Assembly (NCBI GenBank): GCA_965205505.1 | Contig: CBDBHB010000009.1 | Location: forward strand, 160,001-224,000 | From: Acidobacteriota bacterium | GTDB taxonomy: Bacteria; Acidobacteriota; UBA890; WLXD01 | Direction of reading: 5' to 3' | DNA: 64,000 nt | Part shown: in pieces, positions 30,151 to 40,595 of the stretch | Layout: every line of letters starts with the position of its first letter | Numbering within the stretch: the first letter of the stretch is position 1 | Made by a program: the position numbers and the translations under genes | The notes under the pieces: generated by a model | The model's database searches: none | What the model was told of the DNA's origin: nothing | The model's input: the letters and a program-made list of their open reading frames with translations, nothing else

Positions 30151-31134
30151 ATGGACACGAAGACAATGAAAGCGGCGCTGATGCGCAAGCCAGGCGCACC
30201 CGAGGTGCTGGCGATTGAGGAGTTGCCGGTTCCTGAACCAGCGCCCGGGTGGGTACTCATCCGAGTGAAAGCGTTCGGGCTCAACCGCTCCGAGCTTTTC
30301 ACGCGACAGGGTCACTCACCGGGGGTGACGTTTCCCCGTGTACTTGGCATTGAGGCGGTGGGAATTGTGGAGGACACGCCGGGCGGCGAGTTCAAACCGG
30401 GGCAAACCGTGGCCACCGCGATGGGAGGCATGGGTCGGCAGTTTGATGGCGGCTACGCCGAGTACACCTGCGTACCTGCCATGCAGATACAAGCGATCAA
30501 CACGACGTTGGATTGGCAAACGTTGGGCGCACTGCCCGAGATGGTCCAGACCGCCTGGGGCTCGCTCACCAGTGCCTTGCGGCTGCAACCTGGTCAGAGC
30601 TTGCTGATTCGCGGTGGCACCACGTCGGTGGGCTTGGCCGCCGCGGCGCTGGCCAAACAGCAAGGCGCGACCGTCGCCGCGACGACCAGAAAAGCTGACC
30701 GTCAAGCCATGCTCGAAGGCAACGGCGCGGATCATGTGTTTATCGACAGCGGTGAGATCGCCGACGATGTACACGGCGTCTTCCCCGACGGTGTGGACAA
30801 GGTGCTGGAGCTCGTCGGAACCACCACGCTACTCGACTCGCTGCGGTGCGCTGCGCGTTGCGGCTCCGTGTGCATGACCGGCATGGTCGGCAACGCCTGG
30901 GAGCTTGAGCGATTCAGTCCGATGGGCGCGATCCCGTCCACGGTGAGCCTGACCACTTATGCGGGCGGCGACCGGGACTTCATTGACACACCGCTACAGA
31001 GGGTGGTGAACGACGTAGAGGAGGGTCGTATAACGCCTAAGATCGGACGAGTCTTTCAGCTCGACGACATCGTGGAGGCGCACCGTTGTATGGAAGACAA
31101 CGCAGCTGGCGGCAAGATCGTCGTCCTGACCTGA
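30151..31134 (+). CDS. MDR-family NADPH:quinone reductase-like oxidoreductase
   Basis: [41 protein letters not shown]. Confidence 0.92.
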   Translation: MDTKTMKAALMRKPGAPEVLAIEELPVPEPAPGWVLIRVKAFGLNRSELFTRQGHSPGVTFPRVLGIEAVGIVEDTPGGEFKPGQTVATAMGGMGRQFDGGYAEYTCVPAMQIQAINTTLDWQTLGALPEMVQTAWGSLTSALRLQPGQSLLIRGGTTSVGLAAAALAKQQGATVAATTRKADRQAMLEGNGADHVFIDSGEIADDVHGVFPDGVDKVLELVGTTTLLDSLRCAARCGSVCMTGMVGNAWELERFSPMGAIPSTVSLTTYAGGDRDFIDTPLQRVVNDVEEGRITPKIGRVFQLDDIVEAHRCMEDNAAGGKIVVLT

Positions 31135-31202
31135 GACAGGGGATCGCGACTCTAGGCAATACTCCGTTGGATCTCGCACGCTCCGGCGATAGGCTTCACC
31201 CG

Positions 31203-31332
31203 GGTACTGTCAAGTTAACTCGATTTGAGCAGTTGAGGCCTCTTGGCCGAACGTGAAACGCCCGCAGGACAAGGCCCTTTCGGTTCATGGATCACGCGTT
31301 TCTCGCTGATTTCGAGTTAACTTGACAGTACC
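31203..31332 (+). repeat. MITE-like element family A, 130 bp
   Basis: Perfect 21-bp terminal inverted repeat GGTACTGTCAAGTTAACTCGA; noncoding; no target duplication seen. Confidence 0.9.
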
Positions 31333-31347
31333 GTTCGCGGGACTCGG

Positions 31348-32627
31348 CTAGCGATCGCTGTGGTCAAGCGGTAGCGGAGCGCTCGACCAGCGCCACCGCA
31401 ATGCGCTCAGGATGTCGGTCACCGAACTTGTTGACGCAGCATCGTTCGTGCCGGGCACCGCGCTGCTGGCGTAATAGACCAACAACCCGCCGCCGGCCGA
31501 GCCGCCGCTGACCTCCAACTCGACCTGGTAATGGTCCTTTGCCCCTCTGACGCCCTCGAAGTCGACACTGGCACCCAGGTCCTCGGCGCTAATGGCCACC
31601 CTTTGCGTGGCGATCTTCTTTCGCTTTCCCTTCTTGTCGACGTCGAACAACGCGGCTTCGAGCTCGTTCGGAGCCGAGCTTGACGGACTGAAGTTGTTTT
31701 TCGCGATCATTAGCCCGACAGCGATGTCACGCGGCGCGGCGCTCCTCTTGACGCGGGTGGAAGAGGGATGTCCACCTTCCATTTCGGCAACTTTCCGGCA
31801 GCCGTCGTGCCTTTGACGTCGAACGAGTCGGTAACCAGCGTAGTAGTGCGCTGAACCGAACCCGCTTGCCGGAGGCGCGGTTGGAGCTCAACCCGCGGCC
31901 CGACGAGCACTGAGCTTGCGGGGGAACTGGATCGTCCAGCCGACCGGGCCGGCGCGCGCGTGATCGCCTTGCCCACGTTTGCCGCGTTGTAGACCAACAC
32001 GCCCGGAAAGAGACTGCCGCCATCGAAGTCGACCTCGACTGTGTGGTGGCTGCCCGCGGCCACGACGTTCTTGAACACCACGCGCCCGGCGCCGCTCTTG
32101 GCGACCTTGCCGCTGCGAGTACCGACCTCTTCCCGCTTTCCCTTCTTGTCGACGGCGTACAGCGTGACGGTCATTCCCTTGGGTACGCCGCGGGGAGACC
32201 GGTATTCTTCATCGGTGATATTCACCGACACAGCAATCTCACGGCGGCCCACCCGAGTCAGCGTTTCGGGCAGGTCAGCCGTCCACGTCGGGAGCTTCTT
32301 GCCAGTCGTCTTGGAACGGACCGTAAGAAAATCGATTACAGCGGTCCCGTTGCTGGATGTGCCGGCAGCTAACGCGCTTCTCAGGCCGTCCGGGGGGATC
32401 CTGCCGTGCCGCAAGACGCCAAATCTGCGTAGGCACGTTTTGTAGGCAGTCTTGCGGCTCGGGTCGACAAGCTCACACATGATCACGATGAGCTTGAGAT
32501 CCTCGCTCAAGCTTGGATCGTCAAGAAGCCCAAGCCCCACGTCCCCGCACGCCGACAGAGTCAGCGCGAGCGCGATGCAGACAGCTGCCACCGCGACGCT
32601 GTTTCGGGTATATGCCGTTCCCTCCAT
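31348..32627 (-). pseudogene. Lipoprotein with two tandem beta-sandwich-like repeats, frameshifted near 31760
   Basis: Lipobox LSAC; repeat 1 GKKLPTW..LYAVDKKGKR, repeat 2 GKLPKW..(frame change)..LFDVDKKGKR. Confidence 0.65.
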
Positions 32628-32911
32628 GCTCACCCTCCGCTTTTCGGGGTTCAATTCCCGCCGACCTCTCCTGTTGATGCGAATCGTGACGTGCCAACGC
32701 ATGAGGCACCATCCGAGGTCTCAGCGCTAACTTTAGCAACGTTGGTCAGTAGTATAAAAGCTAAAACTATCTTGAAGAAACTCAAGACAATTTTTTGGAA
32801 CTGATCGTACTTGTATCTATGTTTTACTATGTTTATCTACGCAATGGCGGGCTCAGTTCAGGCTGGAGCAGCTCAGAATCGGATGACGCCCTCTACGACA
32901 CCGTCGGTTCG

Positions 32912-33560
32912 CTATTCCAAGCTAACGAACAGGCCGTCAACCCAGGCAACGAAACCGTTCTCCAACCGAACTAGATACCAGTAGCGCCCCGCGCCCATTG
33001 AGCGCCTTAACACGATCACCCCCTGCGCTGCCGCTATTACGCTCGTGATGCGGTCTTCTCGCCTGGCTTCCGGGGCCGTGTAGAGCGGAGAACGGGCGTC
33101 GAGGGTCGCTCTGGCGTCAAACGCCTCGCCGTGGTCGACTTCTACTTGGGGTTCGGCGTTGTGGAGCCTCAGGTTTTCGCAACCTTGGGCAGCGCCTCTG
33201 TCACAGGCCTGTCGATACAGCTCGACCGCGCGCGACAGGTTCACGGCTACGCCGATGCCGTTTGCGTACATGGTGCCGAGACTGTTGCAGCCGCTGCCAG
33301 CGCCTCCGTCACAGGCCTGTCGATACAGCTCGACCGCGCGCGACCGGTCCTCGGCCACGCCCCTGCCGGCGTAGTACATGCTGGCGGCATTGAAACAGCC
33401 CATGGCCGAGCCTTGCGAGCAGGCTCGATTGAAGAGAGCGGCCGCAGTTGGATAGTGCAGTGTCACGCCACGCCCGGAGTAGAAGTCGCCACCCAAAGTT
33501 TGACACTCGGATGCGGTCGAGCAACTCGGTAGGTTCGGGGCAATCTGGGCAGCAGCGCGA
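32912..33560 (-). CDS. Sel1-repeat protein with SH3-like C-terminus, probably 5'-truncated
   Basis: Repeats GCxxLGxMYxxGxGV..RAVELYRQACD; tail WYLVRLENGFVAWV. Confidence 0.75.
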
Positions 33561-33599
33561 GCATCTCGGATCTTCAGTATGCCCGGCGGTTTTCCGACC

Positions 33600-33860
33600 C
33601 GAGGGCACGACTTGAAGTTCGAGACGGCCGGAGAGCACGTCGTCCTCTGCTTCGCGCACCCGGAGATGGAAGCCTACATCGTGATCACCGACAGCCCCTA
33701 CGCGGCGGTGAGCAGCGATGAGGGAACCTTCGAGATGCAAAATGTGCCTTCAGGCGCCTACACCGCGCGAGTCTGGAACGTCGACGAGGCACGCCGTGGT
33801 ACGAGATCGGTGACCATCGACGGCGCCCTGACCGAGATCGATCTCACGGAGCCTCGGATT
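33600..33860 (+). pseudogene. Cupredoxin/carboxypeptidase-regulatory-like protein C-terminal fragment
   Basis: FETAGEHVVLCFAHPEMEAYIVITDSPYAAVSSDEGTFEMQNVPSGAYTARVW. Confidence 0.65.
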
Positions 33861-33992
33861 GATTCGAGGCCGAAGACCACTTGCTGCTCGGGATCAAGAG
33901 AGCGTAACCCCGAGGACAAACCTCGCGCCGATGAGTTTTGGCGGCGCTTGAGGTCCGATGAGGACAAGCCTGCGTCGGGTTGAAGCAACGTC

Positions 33993-34290
33993 CTACACCT
34001 CGATCTGCTCGCTGGCCTTCCGCACGTCGTCCTTGGTGATGCCCATGTAGGTGAGCAGTGACCCAGGTGTCCTGTGCCCGAGCTTGCTCTGGATAACGGC
34101 CATGGGAATGCATCCATCCAAGGCAGCTCGCCCCCAGGCCTTCCGCCAGGAGTGGGGTGAGTAGGTAGGCTTTCGGGTCTTGGCTTGCTGCACCTCGAAG
34201 GAGTTCTTGACGCCTCGAGGTCCGACCGCATCGCCGACCTTGATGGAAAGCAAGTCGGATGCTCTCAATGCCCAGTTCGGCCCGGGGTGT
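33993..34290 (-). pseudogene. Tyrosine recombinase remnant with internal deletion
   Basis: NWALRASDLL (catalytic Arg), HSWRK, LGH, TYMGI; the spacing between motifs is too short. Confidence 0.8.
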
Positions 34291-34355
34291 CTCGAAGCTT
34301 TCCCTGACCTCGAAGCATGTCTTGGACAAGTCGGACCTTTGCGACCTGGATGTAG

Positions 34356-34495
34356 TCAGCTCCCGTAGAGTCGGTGGAGTTGCTCAGCACCGTTGCCAAG
34401 GAACTCATCGATAGAGCGCCGAACAATTTCCAAGACGGACAGGCCTGTTTCAGCTGTCAACGCCTTTAGCCTCCTTGTTTGCGGCTTCGTTAGGT
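34356..34495 (-). pseudogene. Ribbon-helix-helix (CopG-like) regulator lacking its start
   Basis: Manual translation LTKPQTRRLKALTAETGLSVLEIVRRSIDEFL. Confidence 0.65.
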
Positions 34496-34600
34496 CCAGT
34501 TCAGCACGACCTGCACTTGATCCCTACGGATCGTGTTGTATGTGGTGAAGAGGAAACGGCTGCCATCCGGATGCACATCGTAGCTCAGCAAGTGATCCGA
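34490..34600 (-). pseudogene. 3' remnant of a kinase/TolB-propeller gene
   Basis: DHLLSYDVHPDGSRFLFTTYNTIRRDQVQVVLNWT*. Confidence 0.8.
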
Positions 34601-34619
34601 GAGCGGTGAAGTCAAGCCT

Positions 34620-34653
34620 CCCCTACCGTAGAACAAGATCTGGGGGCAGGTCA
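34620..34653. mobile_element. Isolated IS3-type terminus
   Basis: TGGGGGCAGGTCA matches the other IS3 ends in the window. Confidence 0.55.
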
Positions 34654-34696
34654 GGAAATTGCCGGACACGCACCCCGTAGCCGTGGGACCGAGTCG

Positions 34697-36314
34697 CTAC
34701 GAGGCCGCCAGTCGCTGGCGAGCGGCCGGCTCATCGTTGATGGATCGGACTAGCTCATCCAAGGGCAGTGGGCGCCCCAACAAGAAACCTTGAACCTCCC
34801 CGCAGCCGCATTCTCTGAGGAAGTGTAGCTGCTCCAGATCCTCCACGCCCTCGGCGATAACCTGTATCTGCAATGCCGCTGCCATCGCGATGATCGCCCC
34901 AACGATAGTCGCGTCCTCGGAATCAGTGACCAGATCCTTGATGAAGGATTGATCGATCTTCAGATGATCGATGGGGAATCGCTTTCAGGTAGCTCAACGA
35001 CGAGTAGCCGGTGCCGAAATCATCGAGGGCAATCTTGAGTTTGAGCTGCTTGAGCTGTTGCAGGGCACGATCGGTGCATTGGTCGTCCTCCATGAGCACA
35101 CTTTCAGTGAGCTCGATCTCAAGGTGCTCCACCGGGTAGGCCGTATCTTGTAGTGCAGCCCTGACACTATCCACGAATTCGGGGCAACGGAACTGCGCCG
35201 CCGAGATGTTCACCGAGAGGCGAAGAGGTTCTCTTCCCTGCTCGTAGAGCTTGTGCCAGTCGGAACAGGCTTGGCGCAGCACCCAATCGCCGATGTCCAC
35301 GATCAACCCGATCTCCTCCGCGATCGGCACAAACTCTAACGGAAAGACCAAGCCGCGCGTCGGGTGATTCCACCTCAGCAGAGCTTCCACACCGGTGAGG
35401 TCGCCGTCGCGAATCGAGAACTGCGGTTGGTAGTGCAGCACAAACTGGTTCTGCTCGAGGGCCTGGTGCAGTTCGTGCTCGAGGGAAAGGCGTTGCAAGG
35501 TGCTCGCGTTGAGCGACGGGTCGAAGAAGTGAAAGCTGGCACCACCGCGATCCTTGGCTGCGTACATGGCGGCGTCAGCGTTCTGCAGCAAGGTCTCCGC
35601 GCTGTCCCCGTCGCGCGGAAACAAGCTGATCCCAATGCTGGTGCTGACGTGAAGATTTCTGCCATCCACTACGAACGGGCGCGAGAATATTTTCTGGATG
35701 CGTTGAGCCACACGCGCCGCGTCCGCTTCCCGCGTGACGTCTTCGAGCAGGACGATGAACTCGTCGCCACCGAAGCGCGCCACCGTCGGATTCGGAGCAG
35801 GCTTGACAACTCTGGCGACCACATCCTCCAACCGGACGCAGACGACCAGGCGCCGCGCGGTCTCCGCCAGCAACTCGTCGCCCGCTGAGTGCCCGAGCGT
35901 GTCGTTGACGTTCTTGAACCGATCCAGGTCGAGGAAAAGGCACGCAACCCGCCTCCCGTGGCGGCGCGATCGAGCGAGTGCCTCCTCAAACCGGGCTTCC
36001 AGCAAGCACCGGTTTGGCAGGCCGGTCAACGTGTCCCGATGCGACCCAGTCATCATCAGAATCGGTATGCTCGCGTGTTGCTTGGACTGACGCACGCGAC
36101 GACAGACCTCGAAACCATCGATGCCGGGCATCACCACGTCGAGCACCAAGAGGTGCGGGTAGTGCTCGTCCAGAAGCGTCAGTGTGGTCGATCCATCGGC
36201 CGCCTCCTCGACGCGCACACCCAGAGGCTCGAGCGCCTCGCGAGACAGAATGCGGACGGTCGGGTCATCGTCAGCGACTAGAACGATGGGGCTGTCGTCA
36301 GTCAATGCGCTCAT
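34697..36314 (-). pseudogene. REC-GGDEF-EAL protein with in-frame deletion and late frameshift
   Basis: REC is cut at ILMMTG and joined directly to HRDTLTGLPNR; FGGDEF and VEALLRW are intact; an extra A near 34984 breaks LKRFPIDHLKIDQSF. Confidence 0.88.
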
Positions 36315-38368
36315 GCGGCCTCCATCGCCGCAAGTCGAGCCTTGACCACATCGAGCTCACGTGCCAGAAGCGTCAGCTTGACATCGGCAGCATCGATCTC
36401 GGTTGCACACCCCATGGCCTCGAGTTCGGCACACAACGCCACGACTTGGGTTGCCCCAACGTTGGCACTGCTAGATTTCAGAGAGTGCGCCGCCTCCGCT
36501 AGACCAACGGCATCTCCGGCAGCGACGGCTGTGTCCAGATCGACCATCAGGGCTTCGGTCGACGACAGGTAGGTTTCGGTTATTCGTTTAAGGACGTTTG
36601 GTTGGCCGTCACGCTGCAGCGCCCGGATCTCGTCCAGGATGTTTTCGTCTATGCAGTCCCCGTCGCTCCGATTCGTGCGTGTGTCGGCTGCTGGCGCATC
36701 GTCGTCGGGATCGTTTCGTCGCGGCGCTGGTACTGCACCTGAAGCACGCCGCTCGTCGCCGGTCGCACGGATCAGCACGTCGCACAAGGCCTGCTGATCG
36801 TACGGCTTGGCGAGGTAGTCATCCATGCCAACCGCAAGGACTTTGTCCCGGTCGCCGGCCAATGCGTTGGCAGTCAGCGCGATGATCGCAACGTGATTAC
36901 TGCTGCCGGATTCCATTTTGCGAATCCGACGCGTCGCTTCATAACCATCGACCAGCGGCATCTGGCAATCCATCAGCACAGCGTCGAAATCACGAAGCTT
37001 GAAACGGGACACGGCTTCGGCGCCGTTGGCGGCCACTTCTACCTGGCAACCCAAGTTCCCGAGCATGACGCGCGCCACCTCCATGTTCACCACGTTGTCC
37101 TCGGCCACGAGGATTCTCAGGCCTAGGTCCTGCGTGTCGGATCGCGGTTCGGTAGTTTCGGCGCGAGCCGGTTTGCGCTCGCGGCCCATAGTCTCCACCA
37201 AGACGTTGAATAGGTTGGATTGGCGAATTGGCTTGGTGAGGCAGCGCCTGACGCCCGCTTGCAACACCGCCTGTTGATTAAAGCTCGCCCCAAGCGAAGT
37301 GGAAGTGAGCATGACCAACGTAGTCCCGGCGATCGAGGGATCCGCCTTGATGTACTTCGTCAGCTCGAGGCCATCCATCTCGAGCATGTTCATGTCGAGC
37401 AAGACGAGATCGAAGGGTGTGCCCTCGCGGGCCGCCTCTCGGAGCAGGTCGAGCGCCTTGAACCCATCGTCCGCCGACTTGTTGAACATGGTCCACGCAT
37501 CGGTCTGATGCTCGAGGATCCGAAGATTGGTCTCGTTGTCGTCCACAAGCAGGACGCGTACACCTTCGAGGACCCGTTCGCAGCGGCGGGCGTCGGCCAT
37601 CACAGCAGCGACCCGGACGCGGACAGTGAACCAGAAGGTCGTACCCTCGCCTTCGCTGCTGCGAAGACCGATATCCCCGCCCATCGCGCGGCTCAGCTGT
37701 TGCGCGATCGTGAGTCCGAGGCCGGTGCCGCCGAAGCGGCGCGTCGTCGAGCCGTCGGCTTGCGAGAAAGCATCGAAGATACGGCCTTGCGCTTCGGGCA
37801 GGATGCCGATCCCCGTATCGCGTACCTGGAGCAGAATCGTCGCCTCGCCATCCGAGAGGTCACGGGTGCTAGCAGTGACCACCACTTCTCCCTCTGAAGT
37901 GAACTTGATAGCGTTGCTGACGAGGTTGATCAGCACCTGGCGTAGCCGCCCTGGATCGCCGATGGTCACACGCGGGGTGTCTTCGGCAACGTGACATATG
38001 AGCTCGAGTTTCTTTTGGTGGGCTGTCGCCGCGAACGGCGCTACGGCTGCTTCGATCGTCTCCCAGAGGTCGAACTCGACTTCCTCCACCACCAATTTGC
38101 CGGCTTCGATCTTCGAGAAGTCGAGAACGTCGTTAATGATGTCGCGCAGGGCCTCGCCGGATTGGCGTACCGTACGAGCGAAGCTCTCTTGCTGCTCGGT
38201 GAGCTTCGTGTGCAGCAACAAGTCCGTCATGCCTAGAACGCCGTTCATGGGCGTGCGGATTTCGTGGCTCATCGTGGCCAGAAAGTCCGATTTGGCTACG
38301 TTGGCCTCCTCGGCGTGTTTCTTGGCCTCGGTTATCTGGCGATCGCGGGTTCGGATCTCGACGAGCAT
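36311..38368 (-). CDS. Hybrid histidine kinase (HisKA-HATPase-REC-REC-HPt), sensor part deleted
   Basis: MSHEIRTPMNG, FGGTGLGL, two REC domains, AAHSLKSSS. Upstream frame reads AFNEML (HAMP end) directly after the yfiR-like gene. Confidence 0.9.
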   Translation of the reverse strand: MLVEIRTRDRQITEAKKHAEEANVAKSDFLATMSHEIRTPMNGVLGMTDLLLHTKLTEQQESFARTVRQSGEALRDIINDVLDFSKIEAGKLVVEEVEFDLWETIEAAVAPFAATAHQKKLELICHVAEDTPRVTIGDPGRLRQVLINLVSNAIKFTSEGEVVVTASTRDLSDGEATILLQVRDTGIGILPEAQGRIFDAFSQADGSTTRRFGGTGLGLTIAQQLSRAMGGDIGLRSSEGEGTTFWFTVRVRVAAVMADARRCERVLEGVRVLLVDDNETNLRILEHQTDAWTMFNKSADDGFKALDLLREAAREGTPFDLVLLDMNMLEMDGLELTKYIKADPSIAGTTLVMLTSTSLGASFNQQAVLQAGVRRCLTKPIRQSNLFNVLVETMGRERKPARAETTEPRSDTQDLGLRILVAEDNVVNMEVARVMLGNLGCQVEVAANGAEAVSRFKLRDFDAVLMDCQMPLVDGYEATRRIRKMESGSSNHVAIIALTANALAGDRDKVLAVGMDDYLAKPYDQQALCDVLIRATGDERRASGAVPAPRRNDPDDDAPAADTRTNRSDGDCIDENILDEIRALQRDGQPNVLKRITETYLSSTEALMVDLDTAVAAGDAVGLAEAAHSLKSSSANVGATQVVALCAELEAMGCATEIDAADVKLTLLARELDVVKARLAAMEAA

Positions 38369-38389
38369 TTCGTTGAAGGCGCCGATGCG

Positions 38390-38916
38390 GTCCGTTCCGC
38401 GACCTTCAGGAGCTGAGAGCGGAACACAAGCCCCGCACGCTCGCCAGCCTGGCGATTGATCTCGAAGCGCACTTTGTTCCTGCGAACGAACAGACGTACC
38501 ATCCCGCCGGCATTGGAGAACCGATCGAACTCGGCCACCGTAAGCACACCGAAATCCCGGACTGCGGCAAGCACATCGTCGACACTCTCCCGGTGAGCTT
38601 GCCCGATGAACAAGATATGCATGCTCCGCAGCGCATCCAGATCGTCAGACTGCCGCACTTGTATCGTGCGTCCCCCAGCCTGCTTGCTGTCGTAGGCGGC
38701 GATGGCCCGGCCGAACGACGCGTCGCCCAGAACGCCCACAAGTAAGCTGTTGTTCTCGTCCACGAATGCCTCCGCCGGCCAGTCAACGAACTTCGCGAGG
38801 TTGTTAAGGCAGGCTGCCTTGATTTGCTGTTCGCGGTTGGGATCGTCTTGGCCGCTCACTGTTTCTGCGGGGGAGAGTAAGGCCGTAGCCACCAACGCGA
38901 CTATGATCTGTTTCAT
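38390..38916 (-). CDS. YfiR/DUF4154-family periplasmic protein (own stop lost by deletion; reads on to 38332)
   Basis: Signal peptide; EQQIKAACLNNLAKFVDWP, GGMVRL..KVRFEIN..QLLKVA. Confidence 0.88.
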
Positions 38917-38929
38917 CGTCTCGCCCCCC

Positions 38930-40009
38930 CTAGAAGGTCCAGCTCCAGGCGGCCATCAAGTTGAGGCCGGACTGGAGCTGCGGGCCACGGAGGTTCTGAT
39001 ACAGGGGGATGCCCGCCCGGAACCCAAGGCGATTGCCATCGAGCGCGCCGTTGGGTGCGAACAACTGGATGCCAAGCGACAGTTCGATGCGCTCGCCAGC
39101 GCGCAGGAGCGGGTCGGCCGTAGGCACCATGGCGGGATTCAGCGCGGCATCCGCACCGTCGATGTTTCCCCAGAAGAACCCGTCGACCTGCACGGCAGGC
39201 CCGAGGGAATCGAGCCAGCGCCAGGCCAGTCGCGTGGTAGCGTGCAGTTCGTTGCCGAGGCGATAGCCATTGTGGTTGTGTCCGAGCCGCAGGATACCCT
39301 TGGCTTCGGCGGCCCACGAGAAGCGCTCGCTCTCGCCGAGGTAGCTGACACCGGGGCGCAGGTCGAACGTACCGGAACCGAGCTGCATCGGATACGGCAA
39401 GCGCATATTGCTGCCGGCGGGCGTGTCTCCGCGCACATCGATCGACCCGGTCGGCACGCTGACCCCGCCATGCAATAGGACCAGGTGCGGGTCCCGGGTA
39501 ACGTCCGCGACGGCTGTGTAGGTGCCGCCGAGCTGGATGTCCCCGAAGCCTTCAGCGCGAGTCGTGAAACGCATGCCCCCTCGGGTGAGGTGGTCCATCG
39601 AGATGCGCCGGTACGGCGCCATAACGCCAACCGTCAGGTCATTTGAAGGCGCGTACATCAAATGGACCATATGCATTCCCATGTCCATCCGAGTCGGCGT
39701 CACCATGAAGCTCTGCAGCACTTCAGAGGGTGCCAGGCGCGTTCACCCGGAACGGTTGTCCTGCATGTGCATGGCCATGTAGCTGTAGCCGATCATCACC
39801 TCCTCGGCGAGGTGGGTATGGGTACCGAGAACGTTCACCTGCAGAACGTCAAGATCTAGAAGTTCGTCAAGCGTGAGGTTGGCGAACTCGTCCTCCGGGG
39901 CCTGGCTCTGCTCGGGCTTTTCATTTGACTTCTGACTCTGGGCCAGCGCTCCCGCGGGTGTGAGGAGCAACGCCAGCAGCATCGCGATAGCCGATACGTT
40001 AGGCATCAA
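38930..40009 (-). pseudogene. Met/His-rich outer-membrane beta-barrel protein with in-frame TGA at 39743-39745
   Basis: ORFs 39743-40009 and 38930-39721 are in one frame; THTH..MAMHM, GFGDI, PYPMQLGSGTFD, terminal F. Confidence 0.75.
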
Positions 40010-40376
40010 TGGGCTCTCTCCTCATTGTTCGCATCGTCCCTACGGTGCCGGATGTGCGCGCAGTTAAGGCTATCCATAGACTACTATAGATAAGATAACG
40101 AGTTAAAAGATAGATAAATAGTTTAATAATATTGTGTAGTCTCTATATATTGTCTTAACGTATTAAAAATATCTAAATATCGGTAATAATAAGTATTAAT
40201 CGTTTTCCGACGCAATCAGAAGATAAAATTCACTTGCGGCTGTTTTTGTCCGTTTCTAGCCGTCAAAAGTTTACCGTGACCTGGCGAAGTCACCCCGACG
40301 CGCAAGGAAGCCATCAGCCCGATTTTTCCCGGGACGTTGCGAACACTCGGATTTTGAGCAGACGAAGCGCCCTACC

Positions 40377-40509
40377 GATACTGTCAAGTTAACTCGATTA
40401 TGATCGGCTGAAGCCTCTTGACCGGACGTGAAACGCCCGCAGGATAAGGAATTTGCGGCTCACGGATCACGCGTTTCTCGTCGATTTCGAGTTAAAACTT
40501 GACAGTACC
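40377..40509 (+). repeat. MITE-like element family A
   Basis: GATACTGTCAAGTTAACTCGA..TCGAGTTAAAACTTGACAGTACC; interior similar to 31203-31332. Confidence 0.88.
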
Positions 40510-40595
40510 CAAGGGGCTGTCGTTCGTATATGTTGATAGACATATATGCTGTTCGACGAATAGTCTGCGCCCATTCGGCGAAAGAGGAGCCCTGA

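Noticed and set aside
29724-31332. Family A repeats as integron attC sites
   Set aside because: Ends do not fit RYYYAAC/GTTRRRY, copies are in both orientations, and no integron integrase is seen.
39743-39745. In-frame TGA as selenocysteine in the barrel gene
   Set aside because: Not a recognisable Cys position, and the downstream stem lacks a G-led short loop; more likely nonsense.
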